DNA of 64,000 bases, taken from assembly GCA_002269645.1 (NCBI GenBank), contig NIVC01001677.1, positions 1 through 64,000 on the forward strand. The letters run 5' to 3'. A program made the translations under genes and the position numbers. Below, in pieces: positions 58,213 to 64,000 of this stretch. The stretch's first letter is position 1, and every line of letters begins with the position of its first letter. The notes under the pieces were generated by a model. It did no database searches, was not told where the DNA came from, and saw only the letters and a list, made by a program, of their open reading frames with translations. This DNA is from Macrostomum lignano. Lineage: Eukaryota.

Positions 58213-58585
58213 GGGTGGCACGAGACCAGCGTCCACGTCGCGCCCCTGGACACCCCGCCAATGTGGCAGGAGCTCCGTGCGTCCCTGCCATCGACGGGGT
58301 GACGAATTGGTCTCACCTCCGGGTATGCAGCCTGGGAGAGCTGTCCCCCAACGTTGGGTTGGCGGTGGATGGCGGTTTTTACAGCGTAAGTCGGTCTGCG
58401 GAGGAGCCCTGCGCACCGGGACTCGGGTCCCCACGCTCTCTGGCCACCCGCCGCAGGCCGCAAATTGGATTCCGCCGTCTACTGCCCGCCCGCGCAGGGT
58501 CAGCGCCCCGGCTGCATGGGGCTACGCCCCCGGTCCTATTAGCTACGTCTAGCTACAATGTCCGTGACCCGAAAAAGAAAGAAAG

Positions 58586-58630
<45 letters not shown>

Positions 58631-59180
58631 CCTTACAACCCTGCTTGGCGGTTTGATGCCATTTCAGCGCTCGGGAAAGTCGCATTCGACTTCCTGCGTT
58701 CAAGCCGTGCAAACGGCGGCCCAGCAACAGCAGCCATCGGCTAGCCAGCTGCAGCCAGCGATGCCGACAACTCCACCAAGGTTGCTCGTGTCCTCTTCTG
58801 ACGATTCGGCCGCGGCAGGCGCCGAAGAAGGGGGCCATCGTCAGGCGACATTTCATTTCCCGTCGGGAGTCTGCCGCAACGACGATTCGAACGACTCGGA
58901 CGACTCGACCGACGACTGCAACTGCGAACAGTACGACGAGGATGCTGCCGAGCATGACGAAGCTGAGAATGGAGATGAGGGCGCAGATGACAGCGGCGGC
59001 GGCGCCTGCTGCCGAGCTGAAGCTGCTGGCAGCTTGTCGGCCACCTCGCTGACCGTGTCCGGCAGTCGTCGAGGAGGTGGCGGCGGCGGCGGCGGCGGCC
59101 GACCGGACATCCAGCGATGCCACTCGGACAGCGGAACTGAGGGAGTTCCGGCGCATGCGCTGTTCCTGCGGCAGAGAGGG
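58177..59180 (+). CDS. Putative internal exon of an unidentified low-complexity (poly-Q, acidic, poly-G) protein; 5' boundary uncertain (58152, 58158 or 58177)
   Basis: 1-kb non-repetitive open frame, GC-rich; GGG|GTGAGT donor at 59181 (phase 0); best acceptor is gtcctctgccccag. Confidence 0.55.
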
Positions 59181-59990
59181 GTGAGTGAATAGCTTGCGGG
59201 TGTGTGAATAGCTGTGGCTGAGTGAGTGAATGTCTGTGAATGAGTTATTGTCTGTGAGTGAGTCAATGGCAGTTGGTGAGTCAATGGCTGAGTGAGTGAA
59301 TGGCTGTAAGTGAGTGAATGCCTGTGAGTGAGTGAGTTAGTGAATGGCAGTTGGTGCGTGAATGGGACTTGATGAGTCAGTGGCTGAGTGAGTGAATGTC
59401 TGTAAGTGAGTGAATGCCTGTGAATGAGTTATTGTCTGTGAGTGAGTCAATGGCAGTTGGTGAGTCAATGACTGAATGAGTGAATGTCTGTGAGTGAGTG
59501 AAAAGCTGTGAGTGAGTGAAAAGCTGTGAGTGAGTGAAAAGCTGTGAGTGAGTGAATAGCTGTGAGTGAGTGAATAGCTGTGAGTGAGTGAATAGCTGTG
59601 AGTGAATGAATGGTTGTGAGTGAGTGAAAAGCTGTGAGTGAGTGAAAAGCTGTGAGTGAGTGAAAAGCTGTGAGTGAGTGAATAGCTGTGAGTGAGTTAA
59701 TAGCTGTGAGTGAGTGAATAGCTGTGAGTGAGTGAATAGCTGTGAGTGAGTGAAAAGCTGTGAGTGAGTGAATAGCTGTGAGTGAGTTAAAAGCTGTGAG
59801 TGAGTGAATAGCTGTGAGTGAGTGAATAGCTGTGAGTGAATGAATGGCTGTGAGTGAGTGAAAAGCTGTGAGTGAGTGAAAAGCTGTGAGTGAGTGAATA
59901 GCTGTGAGTGAGTGAAAAGCTGTGAGTGAGTGAATAGCTGTGAGTGAGTGAATAGCTGTGAGTGAATGAATGGCTGTGAGTGAGTGAATG
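59181..59990. repeat. 18-bp minisatellite (gtgagtgagtgaatagct)n beginning at a splice donor
   Basis: Degenerate near the exon, regular from ~59490. Confidence 0.93.
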
Positions 59991-60367
59991 ACGGGTAGAG
60001 GTAGCCGGAGGCGGCAGATGTGTTGCTAGAAATCACAGTAAACTGAGAGAGATTCTGAGAGCGCATTTTGATTACAGAAAGTAAGAGAAGATGTGAAAGC
60101 TACAGAATTTCATGCATCAAAAATGAAACCCGTGCCACGAAACAAAAAAGCAAAAAATATAAATCTGCAATGGGATCGATCTCTTCCATAGCAACTGCTC
60201 ATCAGTGTATTTGTTCCCCAGTCAGCGAAAGCTGAAAAGACAGAGGCGGAGATGGGGTGCAGAACAAAAATAAAAAGCAAAACGATTCACTGTAACCAAG
60301 ATCAGTTTAAGCTGATGCCGATGCTGTTACTAAAGGCGACATCGTTCGAGTCCAGGGAGAAGTGAGC

Positions 60368-60845
60368 GCCCCTGTCTCTTGGTGGGAGTCCCTGTCTCTT
60401 GGTGAGAGTCCCTGTCTCTTGGTGAGCGCATCTGTCTCTTGGTGTGTGTCCCTGTCTCTTGGTGGGTGTCCCTGTCTCTTGGTGGGAGTCCCTGTCTCTT
60501 GGTGGGAGTCCCTGTCTCTTGGTGAGCGCATCTGTCTCTTGGTGTGTGTCCCTGTCTCTTGGTGTGTGTCCCTGTCTCTTGGTGGGTGTCCCTGTCTCTT
60601 GGTGGGAGTCCCTGTCTCTTGGTGGGAGTCCCTGTCTCTTGGTGAGCGCATCTGTCTCTTGGTGTGTGTCCCTGTCTCTTGGTGTGTGTCCCTGTCTCTT
60701 GGTGGGTGTCCCTGTCTCTTGGTGGGAGTCCCTGTCTCTTGGTGAGCGCATCTGTCTCTTGGTGGGTGTCCCTGTCTCTTGGTGGGTGTCCCTGTCTCTT
60801 GGTGAACGCCCCTGTCTCTTGGTGGGCGCCCCTGTCTCTTGGTGG
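60368..60845. repeat. 20-bp minisatellite (ccctgtctcttggtgggagt)n
   Basis: ~24 units. Confidence 0.95.
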
Positions 60846-60914
60846 GCACACCTTTCTGTATAAACACAAATACATAATACACATTAATGCTTACCTTTAC
60901 ACTTTAAACGCCAG

Positions 60915-61165
60915 AAATCGCAAAAGTCACACGACGACGTCGAAGTTCTGCCTGGCGGTGGAGTCTACGACGGCGATGAAAGAAGCTGTCACAGCCACAG
61001 CCAGCAACAGAAACAGCAGCAGAAGCAGCAGAAGCAGCAGCAGCAGCAGCTGCACCACCACCACCACTTGCATCATCACCAGCATCACAGGATCCGGCTG
61101 GGATTCGGTTCTGGTGGAAGCCCCGGTGCCTCTGAGCGAAAAGAAAAGTCAAAGAAGAAGAGCAT
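60915..61165 (+). CDS. Putative next exon (KSQKSHDDVEVLPGG...QQQ...HHHHH...ERKEKSKKKS)
   Basis: cgccag acceptor in phase 0 matches the 59180 donor; open for 251 nt; AT|GTGAGT donor (phase 2). This frame is not in the ORF track. Confidence 0.55.
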
Positions 61166-61451
61166 GTGAGTTCTGTTATTGGCTAAATAATCCCTGTACT
61201 GTATGCGCGAGCTGCATCAAGTCTTCTGTAAACTTTTCTATTAGAAGCTTTTCAGATTTTCAGTTGCAAGGATTCAGCTAAGAGTGGAATAATTATGGAT
61301 GAAAGAATCCGATTTGGAAATGGTATAATAAACTCTTGTATGAAAAGTATTTACGCTCGTAGTATATTTGATTCTAAAGGCTTGCAAAGTACTTTTCAAG
61401 CTGGGTAGCTAGTTCAATACTTCATCCGCTGACTAGCAACTAATGACACAA

Positions 61452-62380
61452 CTTGTACGTACGCTGCCCCCAACTTGTACACTGCTCCCAGCTTTTACAG
61501 TTGCTCATAACTTGTACAGTTGCTCCCAACTTGTACACTGCTCCAAACTTGTACGTACGCTGCCCCCAACTTGTACACTGCTCCCAACTTGTACATAGCT
61601 CTCAACTTGTACAGTTGCTCTCAACTTGTACACTGCTCCCAACTTGTACAGTTGCTCCCAACTTGTACACAGCTCCCAAATTGTACAGTTACTCCAAACT
61701 TGTACTGTTGCTCCCAACTTTTACAGTTGCTCCCAACTTGTACAGTTGCTCCCAACTTGTACGCTGCCCCAAACTTATACACTGCTCCCAACTTTTAAAG
61801 TTACTCCCAACTTGTACAGTTGCTCCCAACTTGTACAGTTACTCCAAACTTGTACAGTTGCTTCCAACTTGTACACAGCTCCCAACTTGTACAGATGCTC
61901 CCAACTTGTACAGATGCTCCCAACTTGTACACAGCTCCCAACTTGTACAGTTGCTCCCAACTTGTACACAGCTCCCAACTTGTACAGATGCTCCCAACTT
62001 GTACACCGCTCCCAACTTGTACAGATGCTCCCAACTTGTACACAGCTCCCAACTTGTACAGATGCTCCCAACTTGTACACAGCTCCCAACTTGTACAGAT
62101 GCTCCCAACTTGTACACTGCTCCCAACTTGTACAGTTGCTCCCAACTTGTACAGTTGCTCCCAACTTGTACAGTTGCTCCCAACTTGTACAGTTGCTCCC
62201 AACTTGTACAGTTGCTCCCAACTTGTACAGTTACTCCAAACTTGTACAGTTGCTCCCAACTTGTACAGTTGCTCCCAACTTGTACAGTTGCTCCCAACTT
62301 GTACAGTTGCTCCCAACTTGTACAGTTACTCCAAACTTGTACATTTGCTCCCAACTTGTACAGTTGCTCCCAACTTGTAC
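61452..62380. repeat. 19-bp minisatellite (ttgctcccaacttgtacag)n
   Basis: Direct inspection. Confidence 0.95.
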
Positions 62381-64000
62381 TTGTCACCTTGTACGCTTGG
62401 CCCAAGAGCATTTCACGACAAGCAACAGGCATTTTTTCACAGCTTAGGCTGTACTTAATTCGCCCCCACTCGGTCATGGAGTCTGCCTGAGTGATTAACT
62501 TGTCATCAAGGAAGAACGCACAAGAAGCTACGCTAAAGTACAGTTCCTCAGTAGCTGAGCCAGTCAAAGCCTAATCGAAGCAAAATAGGAATTGACTTCT
62601 TCTGACGCGAAATCAGCATTACTGCGACAGGGGCAGTGGAGGCTTAGTCCAGTCTGGCGGTTGCCGAGTAAAAGAAATTACCGAAAGATTTTGCCGGAAC
62701 GCCCGCCCAGACCCAAGTCTCTAAGGCCAGTTCTCCCGAGGAAAATCGAGGCGAAAGAGGAGAGCATAGTAGGGGAGACGGCGAGGGCAGAACGTCATTA
62801 AGATGAAAGAGGGCGAAAGAGGGGAGGAGAGTTATAGGCTAGAATTTTGGAACGGAGCGGAGAGAGGGAGAAGCAGTCGGGGAGAAGTCCCCAGGCTCCG
62901 CATCCTCCTCTTTTTGGTCCGATGGCCACCAGGGCATCTCCGGCTGCATCTCTCGCTCCTCCCAACTGCTTGTTCCTTCTTCCTCCTTTTCCAGTGCTCT
63001 CAGACTCGGGGCCTGTCCAGAGCACACACCCACACATACTTCTCCTCCCATTTGACTGAAAATCTTGCTCAGACGAGAAGAGCGGATTGAGAAGGCCCTG
63101 ATATACACCGAGAGGGAGAGACGATCCATCAGCCAGAGAAATGGAGCTCGCATATCTCTAATGCAATTTGCCTCTGCTGCGCACTGCCAGAAGAAGTCCA
63201 ACTGAAAAATCTGACGGATTGACTCAGAGCCGGGGCTATTAGTTAGTCGAAGCAGAGGAAAATAGAATCAGTGCGTGCGAATTGGCAAAGCAAAACGCTT
63301 TTCTAATTCTCTTACGCCTCCAAGCCGGAGGAGATGAGCCTTTATAAATAAGCCCTTGGAAGTGGAAATTAAAATGTCAAATCGGATTAGCAAATGCGAA
63401 ACGAGCTGAAACACGATGGAGACAGTCGACAGAAAGTTGGCAACAAGTAGGGCAGGAATGCTACTTTCCATAAAAAAGAATTTCGTATTTTTTAGCTTTC
63501 GGTTTGCAGCGAATGTTTTTCATCAAAGTTGGAGCTTTTTTAATCATCGAAAGAAGATGAATAGCGCAGTTTTCTTCAATTCTGAATTGTTGTTATTCAG
63601 TGCAAATGGACTTTGGGACATTGGGTTGCAGACAAACGGAAAATAAAATCAATGCGCATATATTATGAATGAAGAGCTTGCTGATGTACTAGGGCGTGTC
63701 TCAGGACGAAATTCTATAAATAGAAGCAGTGTACATATGCTATACGTACATATCAACCCTGCTGCTAAAAATAGAACAAGTGTACAAGCGAGAAGAGAAA
63801 AGCCTAAAAATAGACTCAGTGTACATTGCGGAAAGAGAGTGGGCAGTTACGGGGGCGTCGCCGACGGGGGAACAGGGGGACATGTCCCACCCCCCCCCCC
63901 AGTAAAAGATCTGGAGGGACATGCCAATGCTTTGTACCCCACCCCACCTTATGACCCGTTATGGAAATCAATAATTTTGCCGCAGGGCGACAAAACAGCG

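Noticed and set aside
58386-58552. GTAAGT inside the 58177-59180 frame as a possible small intron
   Set aside because: The nearby acceptors (58542, 58552) lead to stops, while the unspliced frame stays open.
62839-63201. 120-aa minus-strand ORF and neighbouring short ORFs
   Set aside because: No recognisable motif or consistent splice sites.
63845-63905. GC-rich ggggcgtcgcc...gggggacatgtccc segment resembling a DNA-transposon end
   Set aside because: No partner TIR or TSD identifiable within the window.

Overview
Animal (non-vertebrate) nuclear DNA, not prokaryotic. About 40% of the window (~26 kb) is tandem repeat. The satellite-filled introns and GC-rich, poly-Q exons resemble a free-living flatworm such as Macrostomum (inference, unverified). 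Three spliced genes were rebuilt by hand with phase-consistent GT-AG junctions. (1) The 5' third of CFAP47 (minus strand, ATG 8218, 9 exons) runs off the left edge; its last ~920 nt carry about nine frameshifts, most likely consensus errors. (2) An intact USP2-like deubiquitinase (plus strand, 13232-16822, 4 exons, 511 aa). (3) A Shaw/Kv3-like voltage-gated K+ channel (minus strand, 39015-22447, 3 exons, 637 aa) with an intact TVGYGD filter but a non-canonical S6 gate (AIPIIGNNF instead of PVPVIVSNF). Unidentified low-complexity exons lie on the plus strand at 43988-44290, ~58177-59180 and 60915-61165. Mobile DNA: a Mutator/foldback-type MITE with a 9-bp TSD (9438-10125), a tRNA-derived CORE-like SINE (~30618-30830) and a decayed LINE endonuclease fragment (~38064-38500). 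Best leads: the altered Kv gate, E-box-rich satellites bracketing the Kv CDS (one palindromic), a GTGAGT satellite starting exactly at a splice donor, and intron-private minisatellites that hug splice sites. I cannot demonstrate a wholly new biological system from sequence alone.
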